From the NCBI RefSeq assembly GCF_041886205.1, contig NZ_CP169029.1: a DNA stretch of 64,000 nucleotides, one strand, 5' to 3'. The DNA is from Escherichia coli (lineage in GTDB: Bacteria > Pseudomonadota > Gammaproteobacteria > Enterobacterales > Enterobacteriaceae). This document shows, piece after piece, positions 1 to 12,842 of the stretch. Positions within the stretch are counted from its first letter, which is position 1. Every line of letters starts with the position of its first letter. The translations under genes were made by a program, and so were the position numbers. Under the pieces are notes generated by a model. It saw only the letters and a program-made list of their open reading frames with translations, was not told the DNA's origin and did not search any database.

Positions 1-114
1 GCAAGCCTGACTACAGGGAGCGTCATGACATAATAAACAGCGAGAGGCTTCTTTAATCGCCAGTAAAGGCGTAAAAGCCGGAGTGAGTTCATCCAGATAA
101 TTTTGTTGCGGCAT
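1..114 (-). CDS. preT: NAD-dependent dihydropyrimidine dehydrogenase subunit PreT, 5' end only (gene continues past window start)
   Basis: Reverse-strand ATG at 114 followed by MPQQNYLDELTPAFTPLLAIKEASRCLLCHDAPCSQAC, open to position 1; matches remembered PreT N-terminus and expected neighbour of yeiS. Confidence 0.75.
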   Translation of the reverse strand, partial: MPQQNYLDELTPAFTPLLAIKEASRCLLCHDAPCSQAC

Positions 115-307
115 GTGATCTTCCTTAATGCTATGAGTAATTAAGGCGAACGCTAAATAAATATTGCGTGCTGATATTAAGGCTAAGCGTGTGGGGAAAT
201 TTAAACTGTGAAAGGATTCACAATTAGCTGCGGTTCAGAATGTTATATCCGCAGCTTATTGAGTGAAGTAATAATTATTCTCAATAATTAACAGAAAAGA
301 GAAAATA

Positions 308-2303
<1,996 letters not shown>

Positions 2304-2432
2304 GGCGTTGCCTCATAATCATGTAATGGGATAACAGTTTACGAACCCGTTATGGCTTTATATGTGATCTGAATCTCATTAATTATGCAACGCGTGAAAC
2401 TTACATCAAAAATGCGCGACGCATCGCAAATT

Positions 2433-3559
<1,127 letters not shown>

Positions 3560-3653
3560 TTAATTCGTAAAACGTGCTACCGATCACATTAAGAATTCTC
3601 AGCATAGTTGAATTTTAGGGAAGTAACCTCGGGCGATCGCCCAGTTCAGCACA

Positions 3654-4562
3654 CTAATTCTGCTGTAAAAAGTGCAGAAACTGACTTAAAGCATAAGAAG
3701 GCGTTTCGTTATTGCGCCAGAACACACCGACGCTGCCTTTCTGTTCTATCTTTGGCAGGTTGAGGATCACCAGTTGTCCCTGGCTGGCATAACGTTGCGC
3801 CAGGCGTAATGACAAAATAGAGATCATATCGCTGCTTTGTAACAGGTTGGTACTGACGTTCATCGACGCCGACTCAATCGTGTTTTCTGGCAGCATCACG
3901 CCGTGGTCTACCAGCGCATTATCAATGCTGATGCGGATGGGGGTACCTGTCGGCCAGACTATCCACCGCCAGTTAGCAAGATCATTCCAGCTGAGGGTGG
4001 CGTATTTCGCCAGTGGATGCTCAGGACGGGCGACAAAACACACCGGCTCGGTGTAGAGCACGCGATAATTCAGCGGCAGCTGCAACGCGCGACCGCCAAT
4101 TCGCCCAACCACCACATCGACAGAACCTGCCAACAGATCTTGCAGCAATGGGGTCATCACCTTCTCTTCGATATTCAGGTGTAGAGTTGGCATCTCCTTG
4201 AGCAAATGCAAAATCGCCTGGGATACGCAGTCAGTGGCGACGGGAGAACAGCCAATTTTCAGACTGCCGACCAGACCACCTTGTTTAAAACGGGCCAGTT
4301 CATGTTGCGAGCGCTCCATGTCATTGATTAACCGTTGGGCATGTTGCAATAACAATTTGCCGCCTTCAGTAGGACGAAGTCCTTTGCTGTGCCGCTCAAA
4401 AAGTGTGAGTCCGATCTCATCTTCCAGATGTGACAACCATTTCGAAAGCGCGGGTTGGGTGATATTCATCATCCGTGCGACATGGGTCAGATTACCCTGT
4501 TCACCCAGCGCCACCAGCATTTGCAGGTGATGAAGCTTTAGTTTCTGCGCCCAGTTTGCCAT
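3654..4562 (-). CDS. LysR-family transcriptional regulator of the gentisate cluster (MhbR-like), 302 aa
   Basis: N-terminal HTH (LKLHHLQMLVALGEQGNLTHVARMMNITQPALSKWLSHLE) typical of LTTRs; divergent from catabolic operon. Confidence 0.85.
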   Translation of the reverse strand: MANWAQKLKLHHLQMLVALGEQGNLTHVARMMNITQPALSKWLSHLEDEIGLTLFERHSKGLRPTEGGKLLLQHAQRLINDMERSQHELARFKQGGLVGSLKIGCSPVATDCVSQAILHLLKEMPTLHLNIEEKVMTPLLQDLLAGSVDVVVGRIGGRALQLPLNYRVLYTEPVCFVARPEHPLAKYATLSWNDLANWRWIVWPTGTPIRISIDNALVDHGVMLPENTIESASMNVSTNLLQSSDMISILSLRLAQRYASQGQLVILNLPKIEQKGSVGVFWRNNETPSYALSQFLHFLQQN

Positions 4563-4567
4563 TTGCC

Positions 4568-4583
4568 ATAACCTTCAGGTTAT
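4568..4583. promoter_or_regulatory. perfect 16-bp palindrome ATAACCTTCAGGTTAT, candidate LTTR operator in divergent promoter region
   Basis: Dyad-symmetric sequence read directly in the 126-bp regulator/transporter intergenic region; role inferred. Confidence 0.3.
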
Positions 4584-4688
4584 CTCTCTGCTCGAAATGC
4601 CATTGTACATTTCATCTCTTTAATCACAATATCGCAACATACACAAAACAAAAGAAACATCTACCTTACCTGCACTGAGGCATTTACT

Positions 4689-6047
4689 ATGACTCAACGA
4701 CGTGATCTACAAGCACTGATCGATGCCGCTCCGGTCGGCAAGATGCAGTGGCGCGTTATCATCTGCTGTTTTCTGGTGGTAATGCTCGATGGTTTTGACA
4801 CCGCGGCTATCGGCTTTATCGCCCCTGATATTCGCACTCACTGGCAACTCACCGCAGGCGATCTCGCCCCGCTTTTTGGCGCGGGTCTGCTGGGGTTAAC
4901 CGCAGGCGCACTGCTTTGTGGCCCGTTGTCCGATCGCTTTGGTCGCAAACGGGTGATTGAGCTGTGTGTCTTTTTGTTTGGCGCGTTAAGCCTTGCCTCG
5001 GCTTTCTCACCGGATCTGCAAACGCTGGTATTCCTGCGTTTCCTAACCGGCCTTGGGCTGGGTGGCGCGATGCCAAACACCATCACCATAACCTCGGAAT
5101 ATCTGCCTGCCCGCCGCCGCGGCGCGCTGGTGACGCTGATGTTTTGCGGCTTTACGCTGGGTTCGGCGTTTGGCGGGATTGTTAGCGCGCAGCTGGTGCC
5201 GGTGATTGGCTGGCACGGCATTCTGGTGTTGGGGGGCGTGTTACCGCTGATGCTGTTTGTCGCACTGCTGGTAGTTCTGCCGGAATCGCCACGCTGGCAG
5301 GTGCGCCGCCAGCTACCGCAGGCGGTGATTGCGAAAACCGTCAGCGCCATCACCCGCGAGCGTTATGTCGATACCCACTTTTATCTCATTGAATCAGCCT
5401 CCGTTACAAAAGGCAGCATTCGTCAACTGTTTATGGGACGTCAGTTACCCATCACGTTGATGCTGTGGGTAGTGTTCTTTATGAGCCTGCTGATTATTTA
5501 CCTGCTCTCAAGCTGGATGCCGACGCTACTGAACCATCGCGGCATCGACCTGCAACACGCGTCCTGGGTCACCGCCGCGTTCCAGATTGGTGGTACGTTA
5601 GGCGCGCTGGCGCTGGGTGTGCTGATGGATAAGTTCAATCCTTTCCGCGTACTGGCACTGAGCTATGCCATAGGCGCTGTATGCATCGTGATGATTGGCT
5701 TAAGCCAGGACGGATTATGGCTGATGGCGCTGGCGATTTTCGGCACCGGCATTGGTATTAGCGGATCGCAGGTGGGGCTGAATGCGCTGACCGCCACACT
5801 TTATCCAACACAAAGTCGCGCCACGGGCGTGAGTTGGTCAAACGCCGTGGGTCGCTGCGGTGCGATTGTTGGCTCGCTTTCTGGCGGCGTGATGATGGCG
5901 ATGAATTTCTCTTTCGACACCCTGTTTTTCATTATCGCTGTGCCCGCGGCGATCAGTGCGGTGATGTTAGCCTTGCTGATTACCGTGGTTCGCCAGTCGA
6001 CCTCTGTCCCTGACTCACTGCCTCGCGCAGGCGTTGTGAACGAATAA
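4689..6047 (+). CDS. MFS aromatic-acid:H+ symporter (3-hydroxybenzoate/gentisate transporter, MhbT-like), 452 aa
   Basis: 452-aa 12-TM ORF with MFS signature [11 protein letters not shown]; first gene of catabolic operon. Confidence 0.85.
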   Translation: MTQRRDLQALIDAAPVGKMQWRVIICCFLVVMLDGFDTAAIGFIAPDIRTHWQLTAGDLAPLFGAGLLGLTAGALLCGPLSDRFGRKRVIELCVFLFGALSLASAFSPDLQTLVFLRFLTGLGLGGAMPNTITITSEYLPARRRGALVTLMFCGFTLGSAFGGIVSAQLVPVIGWHGILVLGGVLPLMLFVALLVVLPESPRWQVRRQLPQAVIAKTVSAITRERYVDTHFYLIESASVTKGSIRQLFMGRQLPITLMLWVVFFMSLLIIYLLSSWMPTLLNHRGIDLQHASWVTAAFQIGGTLGALALGVLMDKFNPFRVLALSYAIGAVCIVMIGLSQDGLWLMALAIFGTGIGISGSQVGLNALTATLYPTQSRATGVSWSNAVGRCGAIVGSLSGGVMMAMNFSFDTLFFIIAVPAAISAVMLALLITVVRQSTSVPDSLPRAGVVNE

Positions 6048-6058
6048 GGAGCATCCTA

Positions 6059-7087
6059 ATGACTGATAACAATCAAAATAGCCGCGAACAATTTTATCAG
6101 CACATTTCCGGGCAAAACCTGACCCCGCTGTGGGAGTCACTACACCATCTGGTGCCGAAAACGCCCAACGCTAACTGTGTGCCAGCGTACTGGAATTATC
6201 AGGAGATCCGCCCGCTGCTGCTGGAGAGCGGCAGCCTGATTGGCGCGAAAGAGGCGGTGCGCCGCGTGCTGGTGCTGGAAAACCCGGCGCTGCGCGGGCA
6301 GTCTTCCATCACCGCGACTTTATATGCCGGTTTGCAACTGATCATGCCGGGCGAAGTGGCACCGAGTCATCGCCATAACCAGTCGGCGCTGCGTTTTATT
6401 GTTGAAGGCAAAGGGGCATTTACCGCCGTTGACGGCGAACGCACGCCAATGAATGAGGGCGATTTTATCCTCACTCCGCAGTGGCGCTGGCACGATCACG
6501 GTAACCCTGGCGACGAACCAGTTATCTGGCTCGATGGGCTGGATCTGCCATTAGTGAATACTCTGGGCTGCGGTTTTGCCGAAGATTACCCGGAAGAGCA
6601 ACAACCGGTAACGCGTAAAGAGGGCGATTATCTGCCGCGTTACGCTGCCAATATGTTGCCGCTGCGCCATCAGACCGGGAACTCCTCACCCATCTTTAAC
6701 TACCGTTATGACCGCAGCCGCGAAGTGCTGCACGATTTAACCCGCCTGGGCGATGCCGATGAGTGGGATGGCTACAAAATGCGCTACGTCAACCCGGTCA
6801 CCGGTGGCTATCCGATGCCGTCGATGGGCGCTTTCCTGCAACTGCTGCCGAAAGGGTTCGCCTCCCGCGTGGCGCGTACCACTGACAGCACCATCTATCA
6901 CGTGGTGGAAGGCGGCGGGCAGGTCACCATCGGCAATGAAACCTTCAGCTTTAGTGCAAAAGATATCTTCGTGGTGCCGACCTGGCACGGCGTGTCGTTC
7001 CAGACCACGCAAGATACCGTGTTATTCAGTTTTTCGGACAGACCGGTACAAGAAGCCCTGGGACTGTTCCGCGAAGCGCGTTATTAA
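6059..7087 (+). CDS. gentisate 1,2-dioxygenase (bicupin), 342 aa
   Basis: 342-aa ORF with cupin His motif ([16 protein letters not shown] ... WRWHDHGN); size typical of gentisate dioxygenases. Confidence 0.85.
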   Translation: MTDNNQNSREQFYQHISGQNLTPLWESLHHLVPKTPNANCVPAYWNYQEIRPLLLESGSLIGAKEAVRRVLVLENPALRGQSSITATLYAGLQLIMPGEVAPSHRHNQSALRFIVEGKGAFTAVDGERTPMNEGDFILTPQWRWHDHGNPGDEPVIWLDGLDLPLVNTLGCGFAEDYPEEQQPVTRKEGDYLPRYAANMLPLRHQTGNSSPIFNYRYDRSREVLHDLTRLGDADEWDGYKMRYVNPVTGGYPMPSMGAFLQLLPKGFASRVARTTDSTIYHVVEGGGQVTIGNETFSFSAKDIFVVPTWHGVSFQTTQDTVLFSFSDRPVQEALGLFREARY

Positions 7088-7102
7088 TTTGGGAGAGAAA
7101 AA

Positions 7103-7804
7103 ATGACTCAATACGTATTCGAACCACAAGCGCCCGTTACCGTACCGGTTGTTGGCAGTGATGAACAATTCCCCGTGCGCCGCGTGTACTGCGTCGGACG
7201 TAACTATGCCGCCCACGCCCGCGAAATGGGCTTTGATCCGGATCGTGAACCGCCATTCTTCTTCTGCAAACCGGCGGATGCCGTTGTTCCGGTTGCCGCT
7301 GGCGAAACGCTGGCGCTGCCGTATCCGGCGCAGACCGATAACTACCATTACGAAATTGAACTGGTGGTGGCGATTGGTAAAAAGGGCAGTGATATCCCGC
7401 TGGAAAACGCCCATGAATATGTCTGGGGTTATGCCACGGGTCTTGATATGACTCGTCGTGACCGTCAAATGGAAATGCGCCAGATGGGCCGCCCGTGGGA
7501 AATCGGCAAAGCGTTTGATCTCTCGGCCCCCATCGCGCCGCTGCACAAAGCCAGCGAAACCGGCGGTATTGATAACGCGCCAATCTGGTTACAGGTTAAC
7601 GGCGAAGATCATCAGCGCAGCGATATTCGCCATCTCATCTGGTCAGTGAATGAAACCATCAGCTACCTGTCCGGCTTTTTTGAACTGCAACCGGGCGATC
7701 TGATCTTCACCGGTACGCCGGAAGGGGTTGGCCCGGTAGTGAAAGGTGATGTGATCACGGGCAACGTCGAGGGCTTAACGCCTATCGCGGTGAAAATTGT
7801 CTGA
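7103..7804 (+). CDS. fumarylpyruvate hydrolase (FAH family), 233 aa
   Basis: 233-aa FAH-fold ORF directly downstream of the dioxygenase. Confidence 0.8.
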   Translation: MTQYVFEPQAPVTVPVVGSDEQFPVRRVYCVGRNYAAHAREMGFDPDREPPFFFCKPADAVVPVAAGETLALPYPAQTDNYHYEIELVVAIGKKGSDIPLENAHEYVWGYATGLDMTRRDRQMEMRQMGRPWEIGKAFDLSAPIAPLHKASETGGIDNAPIWLQVNGEDHQRSDIRHLIWSVNETISYLSGFFELQPGDLIFTGTPEGVGPVVKGDVITGNVEGLTPIAVKIV

Positions 7805-7809
7805 GGTGC

Positions 7810-8457
7810 ATGATGAAGCTGTACAGTTTTTTTAATAGTTCAGCATCGTACCGGGTACGCATTGCGCTGGCGCTGAAAGGCATTGATTACCATACCGAAG
7901 GGGTGAATATCCGCATTGGTCAGCAAAATGAACTGGCCTACCGGCGGATGAATCCGGTCGGGCTGGTGCCGACGCTGCTGACTGACGAGGGCGAATCACT
8001 TGGACAATCGCTGGCGATTATTGACTGGCTGGATCGTCACTACCCCCAAGTTCCGCTGATGCCGCAGGAAGAGCCGGCCCGCAACAAGGTGCTGGAAATT
8101 GTCTATGCCATCGCCTGTGATATTCATCCACTGAATAACCTGCGCGTGCTGCGCTACCTGACCGAAGAGCTGAACGTCAGTGAAGAAGATAAAAAACGCT
8201 GGTATGCGCACTGGATCCAGCAAGGGTTAAGCGCGGTGGAACAGCTGTTGCGCCAGAGCCAGTCGGGGCAATTTTGCGTGGGCGAGACGCCGACGCTGGC
8301 AGATTGCTGCCTTGTCCCGCAGTGGGCGAACGCGCTACGCATGAACTGCGATCTGAGTGGGTATCCGCGCTGCAAAGCGGTGTACGACGCCTGCACGCAG
8401 CTGCCAGCGTTCATTGCCGCAGCGCCAGAAAATCAACAAGATAAAATTTCAGCCTGA
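7810..8457 (+). CDS. maleylpyruvate isomerase (GST zeta-like), 215 aa
   Basis: GST N-terminal thioredoxin-like fold (MKLYSFFNSSASYRVRIALALKGIDY); operon context. Confidence 0.8.
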   Translation: MMKLYSFFNSSASYRVRIALALKGIDYHTEGVNIRIGQQNELAYRRMNPVGLVPTLLTDEGESLGQSLAIIDWLDRHYPQVPLMPQEEPARNKVLEIVYAIACDIHPLNNLRVLRYLTEELNVSEEDKKRWYAHWIQQGLSAVEQLLRQSQSGQFCVGETPTLADCCLVPQWANALRMNCDLSGYPRCKAVYDACTQLPAFIAAAPENQQDKISA

Positions 8458-8468
8458 CCAGGAGAACC

Positions 8469-9665
8469 ATGATGACTAAAGTGACACGCGCAGTAATTGT
8501 GGGAGGCGGGATCGGCGGTGCGGCAACTGCGCTGTCACTGGCCCGCCAGGGGATCAAAGTGGTGCTGCTGGAAAAGGCGCATGAGATTGGTGAGATTGGC
8601 GCGGGCATCCAGTTGGGGCCAAATGCGTTTTCGGCGTTGGATAGCCTCGGCGTCGGCGAAATCGCCCGCCAGCGCGCGGTATTCACCGATCACATCACCA
8701 TGATGGATGCGGTAAACGCCGAAGAAGTGGTGCGCATTGAAACCGGTCAGGCCTTTCGCGACCATTTCGGCGGCCCTTACGCGGTGATCCACCGGGTTGA
8801 TATTCACGCCTCGGTGTGGGAAGCGGTACTGACGCATCCGGACGTGGAATATCACACCTCCACCAACGTCGTGGATATTCGTGAGACGGAAGACGATGTC
8901 ACCGTGTTTGACGATCGCGGCAATAGCTGGAGCGGCGATATTCTGATTGGCTGTGATGGCGTGAAGTCAGTGGTGCGCCAGAGCTTATTAGGCGATGCGC
9001 CGCGCGTCACCGGACATGTGGTCTACCGCGCAGTTATCGATTGTGCGGATATGCCGGAAGATTTGCGCATTAACGCACCAGTACTGTGGGCGGGGCCGCA
9101 CTGTCACCTGGTGCATTACCCTTTGCGCGGCGGCAAGCAGTATAACCTGGTGGTGACATTCCACAGCCGCCAGCAGGAAGAGTGGGGCGTGAAGGATGGC
9201 AGTAAAGAGGAAGTGCTCTCTTACTTTGAAGGGATTCACCCCCGTCCTCGCCAGATGCTGGATAAACCGACCTCCTGGCGACGCTGGTCAACCGCCGACC
9301 GTGAACCGGTAGCGAAGTGGGGAACGAAGCGCATTACGCTGGTTGGCGATGCGGCCCATCCGGTGGCGCAGTATATGGCGCAGGGTGCCTGTATGGCGTT
9401 GGAAGACGCGGTAACGCTCGGCAAGGCGCTGGCGCAGTGTGAGGGGGATGCGGCGCAAGCCTTTGCACTGTATGAGTCGGTACGTATTCCGCGCACCGCG
9501 CGCATCGTCTGGTCGACCCGTGAAATGGGGCGGGTTTATCACGCCGCAGGAGTAGAGCGCCAGGTACGAAACCTGCTGTGGAAAGGTAAATCGCAGGCAG
9601 AGTTTTACCGCGGCATGGAGTGGCTGTACGGCTGGAAAGAAGATAACTGTCTGCAACCACGCTGA
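8469..9665 (+). CDS. 3-hydroxybenzoate 6-hydroxylase (FAD-dependent monooxygenase), 398 aa
   Basis: Rossmann GxGxxG ([20 protein letters not shown]) near N-terminus; salicylate-hydroxylase-like length; last gene of cluster. Confidence 0.8.
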   Translation: MMTKVTRAVIVGGGIGGAATALSLARQGIKVVLLEKAHEIGEIGAGIQLGPNAFSALDSLGVGEIARQRAVFTDHITMMDAVNAEEVVRIETGQAFRDHFGGPYAVIHRVDIHASVWEAVLTHPDVEYHTSTNVVDIRETEDDVTVFDDRGNSWSGDILIGCDGVKSVVRQSLLGDAPRVTGHVVYRAVIDCADMPEDLRINAPVLWAGPHCHLVHYPLRGGKQYNLVVTFHSRQQEEWGVKDGSKEEVLSYFEGIHPRPRQMLDKPTSWRRWSTADREPVAKWGTKRITLVGDAAHPVAQYMAQGACMALEDAVTLGKALAQCEGDAAQAFALYESVRIPRTARIVWSTREMGRVYHAAGVERQVRNLLWKGKSQAEFYRGMEWLYGWKEDNCLQPR

Positions 9666-9685
9666 GTACTTTAATCCGCTGACCG

Positions 9686-9715
9686 GAGGCGCTAACATAG
9701 CGCCTCATTTTTTTG
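9686..9715 (+). terminator. intrinsic terminator after catabolic operon
   Basis: Hairpin gaggcgct-aacat-agcgcctc followed by atttttttg. Confidence 0.5.
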
Positions 9716-9726
9716 CGGGTGATGAT

Positions 9727-10674
9727 ATGCGTGTGTTACTGGCGCCGATGGAGGGTGTGCTTGACTCTCTGGTGCGTGAATTGCTGACCGAAGTTAACGA
9801 CTACGATCTGTGCATCACCGAGTTTGTCCGCGTGGTGGATCAACTGCTGCCGGTAAAAGTCTTTCATCGCATTTGCCCTGAGCTACAAAACGCCAGCCGG
9901 ACACCATCCGGTACGCGGGTGCGCGTTCAGTTGTTAGGTCAGTTCCCACAATGGCTGGCAGAGAACGCCGCCCGTGCGGTGGAATTAGGTTCCTGGGGCG
10001 TGGATCTCAATTGCGGCTGCCCGTCGAAAACGGTTAACGGCAGCGGCGGCGGGGCGACGTTACTCAAAGATCCTGAACTCATCTACCAGGGTGCAAAAGC
10101 GATGCGTGAAGCTGTACCGGCGCATTTGCCCGTCAGCGTGAAAGTGCGTCTGGGCTGGGACAGCGGTGAGAAGAAATTTGAAATCGCCGATGCGGTTCAA
10201 CAGGCTGGTGCTACGGAGCTGGTGGTGCATGGACGGACAAAAGAGCAGGGTTACCGCGCGGAGCATATTGACTGGCAGGCGATTGGCGAGATTCGCCAGC
10301 GGCTGAATATTCCGGTGATTGCCAACGGTGAAATCTGGGACTGGCAGAGTGCGCAACAATGCATGGCGATCAGCGGCTGCGACGCAGTGATGATTGGTCG
10401 CGGGGCGCTCAATATTCCCAACCTGAGCCGGGTGGTAAAATATAACGAACCGCGAATGCCGTGGCCGGAGGTGGTTGCTTTGCTGCAAAAATATACCCGT
10501 CTGGAAAAGCAGGGCGATACCGGGTTATATCACGTAGCGCGGATTAAACAGTGGTTGAGTTATTTGCGTAAAGAATACGATGAAGCAACAGAATTATTTC
10601 AGCATGTTCGGGTGTTGAATAATCCCCCTGATATTGCAAGGGCTATTCAGGCAATTGATATCGAGAAACTCTAA
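9727..10674 (+). CDS. dusC: tRNA-dihydrouridine(16) synthase DusC, 315 aa
   Basis: 315-aa ORF beginning [22 protein letters not shown]-barrel Dus family; synteny. Confidence 0.92.
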   Translation: MRVLLAPMEGVLDSLVRELLTEVNDYDLCITEFVRVVDQLLPVKVFHRICPELQNASRTPSGTRVRVQLLGQFPQWLAENAARAVELGSWGVDLNCGCPSKTVNGSGGGATLLKDPELIYQGAKAMREAVPAHLPVSVKVRLGWDSGEKKFEIADAVQQAGATELVVHGRTKEQGYRAEHIDWQAIGEIRQRLNIPVIANGEIWDWQSAQQCMAISGCDAVMIGRGALNIPNLSRVVKYNEPRMPWPEVVALLQKYTRLEKQGDTGLYHVARIKQWLSYLRKEYDEATELFQHVRVLNNPPDIARAIQAIDIEKL

Positions 10675-10715
10675 TAAACCATAGTGATGTTTTTTGACAA
10701 TGTGTTAGCTCTTTA

Positions 10716-10976
10716 TCAATAGGCCGCACGGTTGTTTGGTGGCGTCAAAATTGCCGAGGCGTTCCCTGAAGGCCGGGGCAGCCCACATGGATGTGGGCTG
10801 AGGGCGCGTTTTACAGGGATGTTACCTCGCGCCCGACCCGGTAGCCGTAAGGGATAAGCCGAGGGCACCGCGCAGCGGCGATTTTGTTCGCCAGAGCCCG
10901 GGGGTGCAGGGGGCGGCGGCGATTGGCCGCCCCCTGCGCGCTCCTTGCGCCAGTGATTATATGAAGCAATGCACAT
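10716..10976. repeat. GC-rich intergenic repetitive element with two perfect palindromes
   Basis: cagcccacat/atgtgggctg (10779-10800) and cagggggcggc/gccgccccctg (10907-10936) read directly; not canonical REP. Confidence 0.4.
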
Positions 10977-11045
10977 GACAGGAGCGCAACAGGATGAGAG
11001 ACTGAAATATTCTCGTTATTTTCGGACCTGATGACATTAATTAAT

Positions 11046-11129
11046 TTTAAAATATCATCTTAAATACGCCAGTCACCACCAGTAGCCCAATCAGGAAAAT
11101 AATCAATACAGCCCAGAGTATAATTTTCA
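11046..11129 (-). CDS. yohP: small membrane protein YohP, 27 aa
   Basis: Reverse-strand ORF MKIILWAVLIIFLIGLLVVTGVFKMIF, below track size cut-off; matches remembered YohP. Confidence 0.7.
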
Positions 11130-11353
11130 TTGGCGTTCCTTTATTTGTGAGTGCTGAATAAGTATAGGAAAAAACGAAGCCCTTTGCCGTTATCCATAAA
11201 CGATTAAGATAAATCGGAAGATATCATTCACTTAGTGTATATTTTTCTGGATATGTCGTTTTATTGCTACTGATGTATTGCCACGCGAAACTAAAAAATA
11301 TATCGCAACACACGGTAATCTCCGCGCACCTTTTCTTACCTGATTATTCCCCC

Positions 11354-12790
11354 ATGAATCGTGATTCCTTTTATCCCGCCATCGCCTGTTTTCCGCTGTT
11401 ACTGATGCTGGCCGGGTGTGCGCCTATGCATGAAACCCGCCAGGCGTTAAGCCAGCAAACGCCCGCTGCACAAGTTGACACCGCATTACCCACGGCGCTG
11501 AAAAATGGTTGGCCAGACAGCCAATGGTGGCTGGAGTATCACGATAATCAGCTCACTTCATTAATTAACAATGCACTACAGAACGCACCGGATATGCAGG
11601 TGGCTGAACAGCGCATTCAGCTAGCTGAAGCCCAGGCGAAGGCAGTTGCCACTCAGGATGGTCCGCAGATCGACTTTTCGGCGGATATGGAGCGGCAAAA
11701 AATGTCGGCAGAAGGCTTAATGGGGCCGTTTGCTCTGAACGATCCGGCCGCAGGTACGACCGGCCCGTGGTACACCAACGGTACTTTTGGCTTAACGGCG
11801 GGCTGGCATCTCGATATCTGGGGAAAGAATCGGGCGGAGGTTACTGCCCGCCTGGGTACGGTTAAAGCACGGGCGGCGGAACGCGAGCAAACCCGCCAAT
11901 TGCTGGCTGGCAGCGTAGCCCGCCTGTACTGGGAGTGGCAAACCCAGGCGGCGTTAAACACGGTCTTGCAGCAAATAGAAAAAGAGCAGAACACCATTAT
12001 CGCGACCGATCGCCAGCTATATCAGAACGGGATTACTTCTTCAGTTGAAGGTGTGGAAACCGATATTAATGCCAGCAAAACCCGGCAGCAGCTCAACGAT
12101 GTCGCGGGGAAAATGAAAATTATTGAGGCACGGTTAAGCGCACTTACAAATCACCAGACAAAGTCATTGAAGCTTAAACCGGTCGCGTTGCCGAAAGTGG
12201 CAAGCCAGCTTCCTGATGAACTGGGGTACTCCTTACTGGCCCGGCGGGCAGATTTGCAGGCGGCGCACTGGTACGTTGAGTCATCGCTAAGCACCATTGA
12301 TGCGGCAAAAGCGGCATTTTATCCTGACATCAACCTGATGGCCTTCCTGCAACAGGATGCGTTGCACTTAAGCGATCTGTTCCGTCATTCCGCGCAGCAA
12401 ATGGGCGTTACGGCAGGCCTGACGCTACCCATTTTCGATAGTGGTCGTCTTAACGCCAATCTCGATATCGCAAAAGCCGAAAGCAACTTGTCTATCGCCA
12501 GCTACAACAAAGCGGTGGTTGAAGCGGTGAATGACGTGGCGCGGGCAGCCAGTCAGGTTCAGACACTTGCGGAGAAAAACCAGCATCAGGCGCAAATTGA
12601 GCGCGATGCCTTGCGTGTGGTAGGTCTTGCGCAGGCGCGCTTTAACGCGGGCATCATTGCTGGTTCCCGCGTCAGCGAAGCCAGAATCCCCGCGCTGCGT
12701 GAGCGGGCCAATGGCCTGTTATTGCAAGGGCAGTGGCTGGATGCCTCCATTCAACTCACTGGTGTGTTGGGCGGGGGTTACAAACGCTGA
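11354..12790 (+). CDS. mdtQ: outer-membrane efflux lipoprotein MdtQ (TolC/OprM family), apparently intact, 478 aa
   Basis: Track ORF 11264..12790 trimmed to MNRDSFYPAIACFPLLLMLAGCA lipobox start; continuous reading frame. Confidence 0.8.
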   Translation: MNRDSFYPAIACFPLLLMLAGCAPMHETRQALSQQTPAAQVDTALPTALKNGWPDSQWWLEYHDNQLTSLINNALQNAPDMQVAEQRIQLAEAQAKAVATQDGPQIDFSADMERQKMSAEGLMGPFALNDPAAGTTGPWYTNGTFGLTAGWHLDIWGKNRAEVTARLGTVKARAAEREQTRQLLAGSVARLYWEWQTQAALNTVLQQIEKEQNTIIATDRQLYQNGITSSVEGVETDINASKTRQQLNDVAGKMKIIEARLSALTNHQTKSLKLKPVALPKVASQLPDELGYSLLARRADLQAAHWYVESSLSTIDAAKAAFYPDINLMAFLQQDALHLSDLFRHSAQQMGVTAGLTLPIFDSGRLNANLDIAKAESNLSIASYNKAVVEAVNDVARAASQVQTLAEKNQHQAQIERDALRVVGLAQARFNAGIIAGSRVSEARIPALRERANGLLLQGQWLDASIQLTGVLGGGYKR

Positions 12791-12842
12791 TGATATGCGC
12801 CTTCTATACTTAACGTTTATTCAGCGTTAAGTGGAGAACTCG

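Noticed and set aside
225-258. Inverted repeat agctgcgg/ccgcagct downstream of yeiS, considered as a terminator
   Set aside because: No adjacent U-tract on either strand; could equally be a protein-binding site in the preT promoter region, so not called
7022-7546. 174-aa reverse-strand ORF overlapping the gentisate dioxygenase and hydrolase genes
   Set aside because: Antisense shadow ORF across two well-supported genes with no recognisable motif
10716-10976. 86-aa reverse-strand ORF in the dusC-yohP spacer
   Set aside because: Translation is Pro/Gly/Ala-rich low complexity and the DNA is a palindromic repeat; treated as a repeat, not a CDS
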